This document shows positions 49,102 to 59,716 of a stretch of 64,000 bases of DNA, piece after piece. The translations under genes were made by a program, and so were the position numbers. Each line of letters begins with the position of its first letter. Position 1 is the first letter of the stretch. The DNA is from Octopus vulgaris. Taxonomy: Eukaryota. Under the pieces are notes generated by a model. The model ran no database searches and was not told where the DNA came from. It was given only the letters and a program-made list of their open reading frames with translations. The stretch is taken from the NCBI GenBank assembly GCA_951406725.2, contig OX597825.1, positions 46,810,001 to 46,874,000 of the forward strand. Reading direction: 5' to 3'.

Positions 49102-50627
49102 AAATACACATAAGTATACATACATAAATATACCCATGTACATATAAACATATACATAATTATGCATATATAAACACCTATATAAATATACATATTTACA
49201 CACAAACACACATAAAAACGACGTGACTTCAGAAACCAAGGCTGCATCATCTGGGAAACACTTTCCTTTATAAACAACTTCATGGCTGGGAAGAGGTGAA
49301 AATCAGAGGGTGCAATGTCAGGAGAGTAGGGGGGATGGGGGAGGAGTTCATAGCCGCACGCCTGTGCTTCTGATCTGGCGACACGCGAGTTGTGGACCGG
49401 AGCGTTGTCCTGCAAGAGGAGGATGCCTTTGCTGATCTTGCCCCGCCTCTTGATTTTGATAGCTTCTCTTAATTTCCTCAAAAGTGAAGCATAATAGGCT
49501 CCTGTAATTATGGTACCCTTTGCCAGGAAATCTGTCATCACTACTCCGTCCTGGTCCCAGAAGACTGAGCATGACCTTGCCAGCGGAGGGCTGCACCCTT
49601 GCCTTCTTTGGAGGAGGTGAGTCACGGTGCTTTCACTGCATTGACTGGGCTTTGGTCTCTGGATCATAGTGATAGACCCAGGTTTCATCCTGTGCAATCA
49701 GTCTTTTGAAAAATTTTGACTCATCTTCTTGGCACATCTCCAAATTCATCCTCGAGCACTCGACGCGTTCTTGCTTCTGGAAAGGTGTGAGCAACCTGGG
49801 AATCCATCTGGCAGACACCTTTTGCATATGCAAATGGTCATGAATGATAGTTTCCACAGACCCGGTACTAATCTTGACCCCATGAGCTATTTGGCGAATA
49901 GTTATGCGTCGATCTTCCAAAATGGCAGCCTCAACTTGACGGACAGATGCCTCATCAATGGCAGAAGGGGGACGACCAGATCTGGGAGCTGTTTCCACAG
50001 AGTTCCGACCATGTTTGAATTCACGATGCCAGCGTTTTACAAGGTCATATGATGGGGCATCATCACCATAAGTTACTTTCATTTCATGAAAAGTCTCCCG
50101 TGGTGTGCGTCCTTTCAAATACAAAAACCGGATCACTGCTCGACACTCAACAGGCTCCATTTCACACTTGACTCAGTTCAAACACCTGTAAATCAGAAAC
50201 CACAATTAGTTCAGAGCTGTAATTTGCCACGTAATCTATAGAGATATAAATAATTGCACATGCAAACTTTCAAACTAGATCAAACAACTGCAAGTGGGTC
50301 AGAGGCATTACTTATTGAACGCCCCTCGTATATAAATACACATACGCATACATAAACATATACATGCATATACACATACATACGCATACACACACATATA
50401 TATATATACACACATATATATATACATAAATACATACATGCATATATATATATATATACACATATACACATATACATACATACATACACACATAAATACA
50501 CATATATACATATATATATACATACATAAACATATACATATGCATATACATACATATAAATATATACACATGTACACACATACATACATAAATACATACA
50601 CACACATACAAACATTGTGTGATGTGC

Positions 50628-50673
<46 letters not shown>

Positions 50674-50868
50674 GCGTGTGTGTGTGTATGTAGGTGTATG
50701 TATGTGGCCGGTTCTAGTAATCTTAAGTCAAGATTAATCAGCCGAAATTACTACGATGATCCGGTTCTTGACTGAAGACTGAGGGCTTCGAATGTCCTGT
50801 CTGTGTTTGTTGTATTGTCTTCTAAGTTCTTATGCGTTCTTGTCTCAGTTTGTATTTTTCTACATATC

Positions 50869-50943
<75 letters not shown>

Positions 50944-51185
50944 ATATATATGTATGTATGTGTATGTATGTATATATATGTGCGTGTGTATGTATGCATA
51001 TGTATATTCGCATGTGTATGTATGTGTGTTTGTATGTATATTTATTTTATATTTTTTATGTTTTTTCATGTATATTTATCTATTTATTCCCTCCACCTAA
51101 CAATAACAAATTGCCTACCTCTTCTTGACCACCAAAAAGCAATTGTCTTCTAATTTACCTAAAATCCCATCCCATATATCTGTTG
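48704..51185. repeat. Inverted duplication (arms ~48704-49095 and ~50630-51185) enclosing a mariner
   Basis: Unique plus microsatellite sequence repeated in reverse complement. Identical spurious ORF ends ..NCLPLLDHQKAIVF occur on opposite strands. The right arm is interrupted at 50706-50871. Confidence 0.88.
49218..50328 (-). mobile_element. Mariner family 2, 3' end missing
   Basis: 5' TIR plus TA at 50328-50330. Transposase MEPVECRAVIRFLYLKG.. (50160) with a stop and frameshift; LLQDNAP, YSPDIAPSDF. Breaks off into microsatellite. Confidence 0.92.
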
Positions 51186-51420
51186 AAATACTATTCTTGG
51201 GGTTTCTATTCTTTTATTCTATTTATTCATTTATTTATTTTCTCATTGATTCTTCTTATTTCAAAAAACACTCTGGCCTTTTGACCACTCCCCCAAGAAC
51301 AATAGCTTGTGCCCTGTTTATCTCCTAAATACCAACCTACCCCCAAAACGTCCCCCCTGCCACCCCCACTCCATTAAATCTGCCTAAATGCATAAATACC
51401 AGAACTTATATTGACAGCCA

Positions 51421-51825
51421 TAGGCGCAGGAGTGGCTGTTTGGTAAGTAGCTTGCTAACCAACCACATTGTTCCGGGTTCAGTCCCACTGCGTGGCATCT
51501 TGGGCACGTGTCTTCTGCTATAGCCCCGGGCCGACCAATGCCTTGTGAGTGGATTTGGTAGACGGAAACTGAAAGAAGCCTGTCGTATATATGTATATAT
51601 ATATAAGTGTGTGTGAATATGTTTGTGTGTCTGTGTTTGTTCCCCTAGCATTGATAGGGTTTGTTCCCCTAGCATTGCTAGCGGTTCGGCAAAAGAGACC
51701 GATAGAATAAGTACTGGGCTTACAAAGAATAAGTCCCGGGGTCGATTTACTCGACTAAAGGCGGTGCTCCAGCATGACCGCAGTCAAATGACTGAAACAA
51801 GTAAAAAGAGTAAAAAAGAGAAAAG
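51421..51825 (+). mobile_element. SINE family A, full length, with probable TSD AGCCA
   Basis: GGCGCAGGAGTGGCTGTTTGG head and tail GGCGGTGCTCCAGCATGACCGCAGTCAAATGACTGAAACAAGTAAAAAGAG. AGCCA occurs on both sides. Confidence 0.88.
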
Positions 51826-51829
51826 AGCC

Positions 51830-51880
51830 AGCTTCCTGAAGATTTCATCTGAATGAAACAGTTCTAGTTCTGTAGAAGCT
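51830..51880 (+). ncRNA. Type I hammerhead ribozyme motif
   Basis: Stem I AGCTTC/GAAGCT; CTGAAGA; stem II TTCA/TGAA; GAAA; stem III CAG/CTG; GTA triplet. Confidence 0.72.
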
Positions 51881-51884
51881 CCTT

Positions 51885-52200
51885 GTGGCTGTGTGGTAAG
51901 TAGCTTGCTAACCAACCATATGGTTCCGGGTTCAGTCCCACTGCGTGGCATCTTGGGCAAGTGTCTTCTGTTATAGCTCCGGGCCGACCAATGCCTTGTG
52001 AGTGGATTTGGCAGACGGAAACTGAAAGAAGCCTGTCGCATATATGTATATGTGTATGTGTGTGTGTTGGTCCCCCTAGCATTGCTTGACAACCGATGCT
52101 GGTATGTTTACGTCCCCGTCACTTAGCGGTTCGGCAAAAGAGACCGATAGAATAAGTACTGGGCTTACAAAAAGATAAGTCCCGGGGTCGATTTGCTCTT
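51885..52200 (+). mobile_element. SINE family A, both ends truncated
   Basis: Homologous to 51421-51825. Confidence 0.85.
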
Positions 52201-52249
52201 TGTTAGAAATCGCTCTTTGGAACCCTCCAGAGTAAAGGATGAAATATAA

Positions 52250-52252
<3 letters not shown>

Positions 52253-52334
<82 letters not shown>
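52253..52334. repeat. (CA)n microsatellite
   Basis: Directly visible. Another (CA)n lies at 53497-53586. Confidence 0.95.
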
Positions 52335-52336
<2 letters not shown>

Positions 52337-52420
52337 TGAAATATAAGGAAGGGAAAAAATGTAAGTGTAGACGAACTTTAATTCAATTCATAATCCAAGT
52401 TGGTACAGAACCAATATACC

Positions 52421-52508
52421 TTCTACAAATTGTTTCGGAGTCTAATTAATTCCAAAGATAAAGACGAAAAACTCTTCATGAAATACAAATTAGATTCCTC
52501 ATCAGGAA
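52421..52508 (-). ncRNA. Type I hammerhead ribozyme motif with long stem II
   Basis: TTC-CTGATGA-GGAATCTAATT..AATTAGACTCC-GAAA-CAATTTG-TA-GAA. Intact core; stem II 10 of 11 pairs. Confidence 0.75.
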
Positions 52509-53514
52509 TTACATACTGGTATGAATGATTTCGACCAACAAAAATATGCAAGGACCTTTCGTAGTCCAGACGTGAAGAAATAAATGAAAAATAACAAGAA
52601 CGCCAGATATTCAAAACTACAAAAATTAATAATAAATGTCATTATTTAAACTTAGTAAAATCAAACGAAAATAAAATAAAAATGAAAATAAAAAACAAAT
52701 CTCTTGTTTACAAAATAGCCTTCTAAGGGAGAGGAGAGAAAAGTAATACAGTGAAGAGGAGGCGGAGAGAGTAATAGCCACGACTGAGAGAGTGAGAGAA
52801 AGTAATGGCCGTTTGAGAAAGAAGAACATGTGATAAAAAGAAAAGGATGAAGAAGAAGTAGTAGACGAAGAAGAAGGAGAAGAAAAAGCGGAGAAAGAAG
52901 GAAAATGACATGGTGATGAGAAATATGAGAGTGAGAAGAAGAAAGAAAGAAGAAGGAATAAACAAGAGAATTGCTAATCAGTATATCTGGACGAAAGACA
53001 GGGGGCAATTTTAAGAAAGGTCAGTAAATACATAGTCGCCAGTATCAAATTCCATTGCTGGGTGAAAAATTATTTTCATATACATTCATATATACACATA
53101 TACATCGTCTACTTCGCCTCTTCATCATTTTCTACTCGGTTGTTCTCTATACTAATTATTTATCACCTAACCATACTTTTATTTACTTTTTGTTTACTTC
53201 CGATATAAGCAATCGACAACGTCCCGACAACACACAATGAAAGAGCGAACCTGGGATGCAAGTCTCATGAAGTGCCACTCTAATGCTCAAAATTGCAAAT
53301 ATTACGTAAATTTTCATTTCGAATTTTTGCATAAACTGGTACATATATATATAAATTTATATTCAGGGCAAGCGAGTACACTGGCTTTGTCACATGTTTT
53401 AAGAAGACGAATGTCTCTAAGTTACCTTAAAATTATCGCAATAAATACGCATCAAATTCGGGCAAATAAACAAAACAAAACAAAAAAAAACAGATTCACA
53501 CACACACACACACA

Positions 53515-53588
<74 letters not shown>

Positions 53589-53862
53589 AATCTTTTCTTC
53601 CATATCCGTTCTCTCTCACTATCTCTTTATAATCCTTATAAATTTTATAAAATATTAATTGTAAATTCTCCTGTTTTGTTTTTCTTAAATTCTTTGTCTG
53701 AGGAATCACAATTTAGAAGATACTATACATGTTCTTTATATGTATACAACTATTATCAATTTATTATATGTATAATATTGTTCTTTGTCTTTCATCTTTG
53801 TGCCAAATTTTGAAACCAGTATATACTTATTCTGCAAACACTATGATTCAGGAGGACTTTCA

Positions 53863-53893
<31 letters not shown>

Positions 53894-54089
53894 TGTTTGC
53901 TATGTCCGATCAAAAATTGACCATTGGTTTCGCATCTGTAAAGTGCTTGGCTGTATAGGTTACTAGTGAGACTCAATTGGCCGAAGGCACATGACCTCTC
54001 TATAATTGGAGGAAAAATACTAGTGAACCTTGGGTGAGGTGGAGTTATCCTCATTAGACCGGTTTCAGTTGCGTCCTGACAGGCCTAAC

Positions 54090-54405
54090 GAAGATGGTAG
54101 AAAATTGCTGCACGTTTTCAACACGAATTTTCTCTCATGAAGATACTGACTAAACAGCTCTTTCCTGGAGTTTAAAAACAAGTGAGTTTTTCAGGATTGC
54201 AGCTCTTGCAGCCAAGCAAACCTTACATTGTTTTCCTCTGTCAAGTTACGGCCCCGGCTGTTCTAGGAACCTCCATTTAATTATGTATGATGTATCCTCT
54301 TTTAAACGTCATACGTTGCGCTTCTCTGGTATGCTAACGGAAGACCTGTGATTGCTAAGACGATGTTTGAACGGCCACTTGTCGATTCGACATATTTCCG
54401 TGTCT
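54090..54405 (-). mobile_element. Penelope-like GIY-YIG C-terminal fragment (second family)
   Basis: Frameshifted RKYVESTS..FKHRLSNHRSS..YIIKWRFL..CKVCLAA..AI..LNSRKELFSQYLHERKFVL. Confidence 0.65.
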
Positions 54406-54409
54406 GTAC

Positions 54410-54800
54410 TCTTGTGCTGGTGGCGTTATAGCTGTTGTTGTTACTATCATTATCTCTGCCCATGCTGTTGTCACTACCGGATCCGTTGCTGGTGCTGCTG
54501 CTGCTGGTACCGCTTCAGTTTTTGTTGTTATCGCTGGACGCGATGCTGGTTCCGTCGTTACTACCAACAAGGCCGCTGTTGCTGTTACTGCCAACGCATG
54601 GCTGGTGTTGTTGTAGCTATTGCTATTGCTATCCTAGCAGCCGCTGCTGTTTGACACGCTGCTGGTGTATCTACCACCACCGTCGTGGCCGCCTCTGCAG
54701 CCACCGTGGCCACCGCTGCCATTGCTGTCATTGTTGTTATCGGTGGGTGTGTTGTTGCTGCCGGTGCTGCTGTTGTCGCCAGTAGCAGTCACCACTTCAG
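54410..54800. repeat. Degenerate (GCT/GTT/CAC)n trinucleotide low-complexity tract
   Basis: Directly visible; produces low-complexity ORFs in several frames. Confidence 0.75.
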
Positions 54801-55207
54801 CCTCACGCACTACAAATTCGGAGTTGCATCGACCCCCTCACTGGGTACTCATTGTTGACCCTGCATGAGAATCCTGCCTCTGGGCACTGTTTAGGGGTGT
54901 GCACTAATATATTTTAATGCTTGGCGTGGAACTGAAAGTAATCCTTAAACCAACGCTCATATCTAAGTGACTGTGTGAAGGAAAAATCTAAGGAAAATCC
55001 CATGCTAGTCATGACATTGAGTGAAAAAAGTGGGGAAACCAAGCAACTTTACGGTCTTACTTTTATGGGTGTTAAAACTCGGCATATAGGAGATGCGGTC
55101 CTTAAATCCACTGGATGCCAAAGCCTTTTGTAATTCACAATTGTAGCCCCCTTGATTACAATTAAGACCAACCCCGAAAATTGCTGGCATTGTGCCAAAA
55201 TTATCGC

Positions 55208-55208
<1 letters not shown>

Positions 55209-55265
<57 letters not shown>

Positions 55266-57345
55266 GTTATTATTATTTTTACTATTATCACCTTCTTTCA
55301 GTCCTGTTTTCATTACTTGCCGAGTGTCTTCCCAACGCCTAGGGCAAAAACTGACTGAATACATTGGTCATTGGTAGGCCATTAAAATAAATACACCAGG
55401 TTGTTCATTTACAGAATCATTTGATGGAAAAGAAGGGAAGGAAGACAGCGGAAAGAAGCGAAAAATGGAAAATAGAAAACAAAGAAAATGAGGGAAAAAA
55501 GGAAAGAAAATTCAGTGACAATGCTCGTCTTAGTACGTGTGACGTACCCGTTAAGACAATGTTCTGCACTTCCAACATGGATGGTAAATCAGGGATCATT
55601 CTCAAATAATTTTCAGTTCCTTTTTTTATCATTCCATGTGCTCCTACAATCACTGGTATTGTAACCGTCTTGAGATGCCACCTTTTTTTCGATTTCAATC
55701 AGAAAATCTTTATATTTTCTGAGCTTATCAAATTCTTTTGCTGAGATATCATCACTAGGTATGCTTATGTCAATCAATAAACAGATTTTATTGCTTTGGT
55801 CATTCACAGCAATATCTGGCTTATTAGCTTTGGTCCGGTCTGTATGTACTCGTAAGTCCCAAAGGATCGTTACATTTTCTCCCTTTTACAACCTCAGGGT
55901 GGTGCTTGTGTCATTTGTCAGCAGTTTTGATTTTATAATGCCGACACATTATCCAGTACAGATATTGATCAAGTCAGCCATGAATAGATTTATATTTTAC
56001 TAGTGTTAAATCCTTACACTCAGAGATTAGTGGTCAACTATTTCAATCTTATCGTTGTAGTATCGGCACTTTGTGTCTACTCCATTTTTTGTCACGTTGG
56101 CTTCGTAATTCTGGGTCAATACGCTCTGATCTTGATCAGCTAAGATAAAAGCTTTGCTCTCTGTCTTTAGCCATGAACACCGTTGCCAATGATGGTTGTG
56201 CTTTTGCTCTACATCAGCTTGTTTTCTACGGGCCATATATTTGTCATGCAGAAAGTTTTGTTCCAACTATCAGCCAATTGTTCAAACGCTTTTGCTTTGC
56301 CATTGATTTAACCTTCTTTGTCGTTAGATGTTTCAAGATATTTGGCCAGTCTAATTGTGATGGTTTTGTAAGAGATTTCAGATTGTATCAAACTTCGTTC
56401 CACTCTGGGAAGATAAAGACAATCTGCGTCTGCCTTTGAGTGTTGCATCTTATTGCAAGTCAGCAGCTTACGGACCTTCCTGACAGTCTTCCTTATTTCG
56501 CTCTTATTCCAGTTCAACACATTATAACTATAAATAACAACTGGAACTGCTAAGGAATTTATGGCTAAGACCTTGTTGAATGCATTTAATTCGGAATTTA
56601 GGACTGCTCGAACTCTCCTTAACACTCCTTCCTGATCCACGCTTTCATACTTGCATGCTGAATGCCAGAGCAGTCATTTATTCCGAGGTATTTGTAATAT
56701 TGTTCCTGCTCAAGTTGTTTTATAACTATGTCAATATGTAACACCACTGAATGTGAGGTCTTCAATTTCCCTTTCTGGGAAGTGGCCCCGGCACATTTAT
56801 CAAGACCAAATTCCATCATGATGTCATCACTGAATGCTTTCACAGTTCCCAATAGATGTTCAAGCGCATTATGGTCTTTACCATAAAGTTTTAAGTCATC
56901 CATGTAAAATTGATGGCTTATTTTCTTGTCGATTTTATACCCATACTCTGTTCTGTTAAGTTCGCTTGTAAGGGATATTAGGGCTATGCAAAGAATGTGA
57001 AGTTGCAGTGAGTCACATTCTAAAATGCCGTAGGTGGTATTAATATTGTTTGCGGTTAGTACTCCATTAGAATGATTTAAATGGAGATTCGTATTCCAAA
57101 TTGACATTTTGTTCTTCAGGAAGTTTGAAATCATGGGAAAGATTTTGAAGATATCTAGCGATTTCAAGATCCATGAACGCGGTATGCTATCAAAGGCCTT
57201 TTTATAACCAATCCATGCGGAACTGGGATTTCTGCTTTTGTTATGACAGTTCTCATGCGATTGATTAAGACTTGATCTTTGCATCCATATGAACCTCGTC
57301 AGCATCCTTTTAGTTCAATGAGAAAAATATCGTTCTGTTCCATAA
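55209..57345 (-). mobile_element. Dong/R4-like RLE LINE (family 2), 5'-truncated, with (AAT)n tail at 55209-55277
   Basis: YGCKDQ, AWIGYKKAFDSIP, FYMDDLKLY, FGLDKCA, YKYLGI, ADCLYLPR, KPDIAV..LLIDISIP, IPVIVGAHG..VLTGTSHVLRRALS. Confidence 0.85.
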
Positions 57346-58035
57346 AGTTGTTGTTCTTATTATTATTGTTGCTATTGTTGTTGTTGTTATTATTATTCAG
57401 TAGTCTTATTTTTATTACGTGCTTCCATTGCACTACCGTGCGCAGCTCTTTATACCGAGGGTGTGTGCTGTGGTTTGTTGGGATGCTCTTATTTTTACTG
57501 TATTGATAGTGTTTTACGTAGGATGTGTGCGGCGCTTAGTAATGCTATTTTCTGTATGTTATATATACTTGTTAGTCCTGGTGTTTTTGTTATGTATTTG
57601 TCTGAATATTTTTTATCATACCCTAATGCGCTTACTATGATAGGAACTGTTTCTGTTTTTAGACTCCACATTCGAGTTATCTCTATTTCCAGATATTTGT
57701 ATTTTGAAAGTTCATCCGTTTAATTTTAGAGAAACATTGTCATCTGTTCTTTCTCATTTTCTGTCAACTTTTCTGGCGTGTGCCTATGCCATCTTTTTCT
57801 GTTGTTACTCCATAGTGTTGGCATACCTTCCAGTGTATGTAGGTCCCAGTTCCGCCGTGTCTGTGAATATATTCCTTCTTAGACAGGACGGGGCAGCCAG
57901 AAACAATATGATTTATTGTTTCTTGTCCATCTCCACATACTCTGCAGTTACTTGTATTTCTTTTCATTACATGTTTTTGGTAATTTCTGGTGGGAAGGTT
58001 TTGATCTGCTGCTGCAATTAAAAATCCTGCCTTCA
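57346..58035 (-). mobile_element. Dong/R4-like LINE family 1, 3' fragment with (AAT/AAC)n tail
   Basis: GFLIAAADQNLPTRNYQK..CRVCGDGQETINHIVSGC. The 3' UTR matches 34475-34571. Confidence 0.85.
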
Positions 58036-58760
58036 CAACTCTACTATAATATTTAACTGAACCCTTTCCCTGCCTTAATATTTGCCCTTGCCTGTACTCA
58101 CTATATCAATTTCTTTAATTCTATAGCCTCATCATCCTAAAATTTTAAGACAACTATTCATAAACCCAACAACATCCCTCAAATACCACCTGTATTACCC
58201 CTCCTATTTATTTTCCAGCTCTCCACTTCTACTACTAATTCTCTAAATATCCTATTCATTCACCTCTCCATATTCCTTTCCTTGCTCCAATAGTCATCAC
58301 ACACCCACCGAGCCACCTACATCCTCGTGCCACTACTGCTTGCTTGTCTTCCACTATATCAATTCTACCTTTACATTTCTCTGCATAATAATCTGATACG
58401 TTAGATTCTTTTCTCTCCACCTGGAACAAACAATGTTTCTTTACTTCTATTACTGGTTGCAAATTTTTGCATTATCAAGTTACTCCCATCCCCTAGAAAC
58501 AGCTGTCGGACCTATAATACCATACCTTCTCCCTCTAACTCTTTAAATATATGTAATTTGAGATAGTTGTATAAATATATATGTATACTTGAATGCTAAT
58601 CATCTGAAAATCTTTCAGTATTTGCCTTTTCTTTATTTTCATGTGCGCATGTATATGTGTTCTGCATATCCAACCTAAGTAGTTTTATCTGTTTATTTGC
58701 ATCATTTCTTTCTCTCTCTCTTTCTCTCGTCCCCTCTCTCTCCCTATATATACATACACA

Positions 58761-58843
<83 letters not shown>

Positions 58844-58850
58844 ATATATA
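58761..58850. repeat. (CTAT)n microsatellite
   Basis: Directly visible. Confidence 0.95.
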
Positions 58851-59286
58851 CATACATAGATACATATATATATTTTACAGTGTTTACATGTGTATATATA
58901 TGTACAGTCATCGGAAGTAACTTGCACGGACACCGGAAATACATCTGCCATCACCAGAGAAAACAAAGCAACTACCCCCAGCGACTTGCCTGACCTTTCA
59001 TTGGACAAAAGCTACCTACCTGCCATTCTATTGGACACTGGCTAAACATCACTGCTGATATTTTTGTATAAATAGACATCATAAATCGCTGTAAAGGCAG
59101 TTGGCTTTTTGTCACTCGACTGATGTAAATCGTGTCCCTCTCGCTTGCCACGCTCGCCACTCACGCTGCCTCGAACCTTTGTACTGCTATTTCACGCCTG
59201 AAATAAATCGCTGTATAAACTTACACCTCTTGTCTGCTCGTCATTTCAACTACTGCTTTCGTCTGTCCAGTTTTGCTGATTACGAC

Positions 59287-59490
59287 CACAGTCCTTTTCA
59301 GGGCTAATTCAAGTCTGATCTGAATGCGATAACAGTCCTTTTTAGGACTACCCTCAGATCCGATCTAATTACGATAACAGTCCTTTTTAGGACTATTCTT
59401 GGATCGGATCTAATTGCGATAACCGTCCTTTTAAGGGCTACCCTCGAATGCGATAACAGTCCTTTTTAGGACTACTCTCAGATCAGACCA
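59287..59490 (+). repeat. ~45-bp minisatellite in the LTR (5 units); units 3-5 recur at 62635-62751
   Basis: GATAACAGTCCTTTTTAGGACTA starts at 59328, 59373, 59418 and 59452. Confidence 0.9.
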
Positions 59491-59671
59491 ATTGTACTCA
59501 CTTGCACTCACACCGGCGGCGCAGCAACAGTTCATCAAGGTCCACTCACCGTCGAAGATCCAGAAGTCCCAGTCAAAATCGTGTGTCTGGCAACATCTGC
59601 TGGTATCACGCAGAATTCGGCGCATGAGCATCTAAGTGCAAGGCCCCGTGCTCTTTCCTGAATACCACCCA

Positions 59672-59716
59672 GGGAAACGGGCAGACCAGGGCCTAGCGAC
59701 GACGTTCACCCCTGGT
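59672..59716 (+). promoter_or_regulatory. Predicted -1 ribosomal frameshift signal (G GGA AAC plus stem-loop)
   Basis: Heptamer is in the gag frame. 6-nt spacer, 7-bp stem ACCAGGG/CCCTGGT. pol lies in the -1 frame; gag stop at 59694-59696. Confidence 0.7.

Noticed and set aside
50706-50871. CTGAAGA-containing insertion as a hammerhead
   Set aside because: GAAT replaces GAAA and stems I/III are not convincing.
54352-54868. Cys-rich or Leu/Pro-rich protein
   Set aside because: A degenerate trinucleotide tract open in several frames on both strands.
59287-59490. CRISPR-like array of palindromic repeats
   Set aside because: The spacers are short and homologous to one another, there are no cas genes, and the array lies within a eukaryotic LTR.
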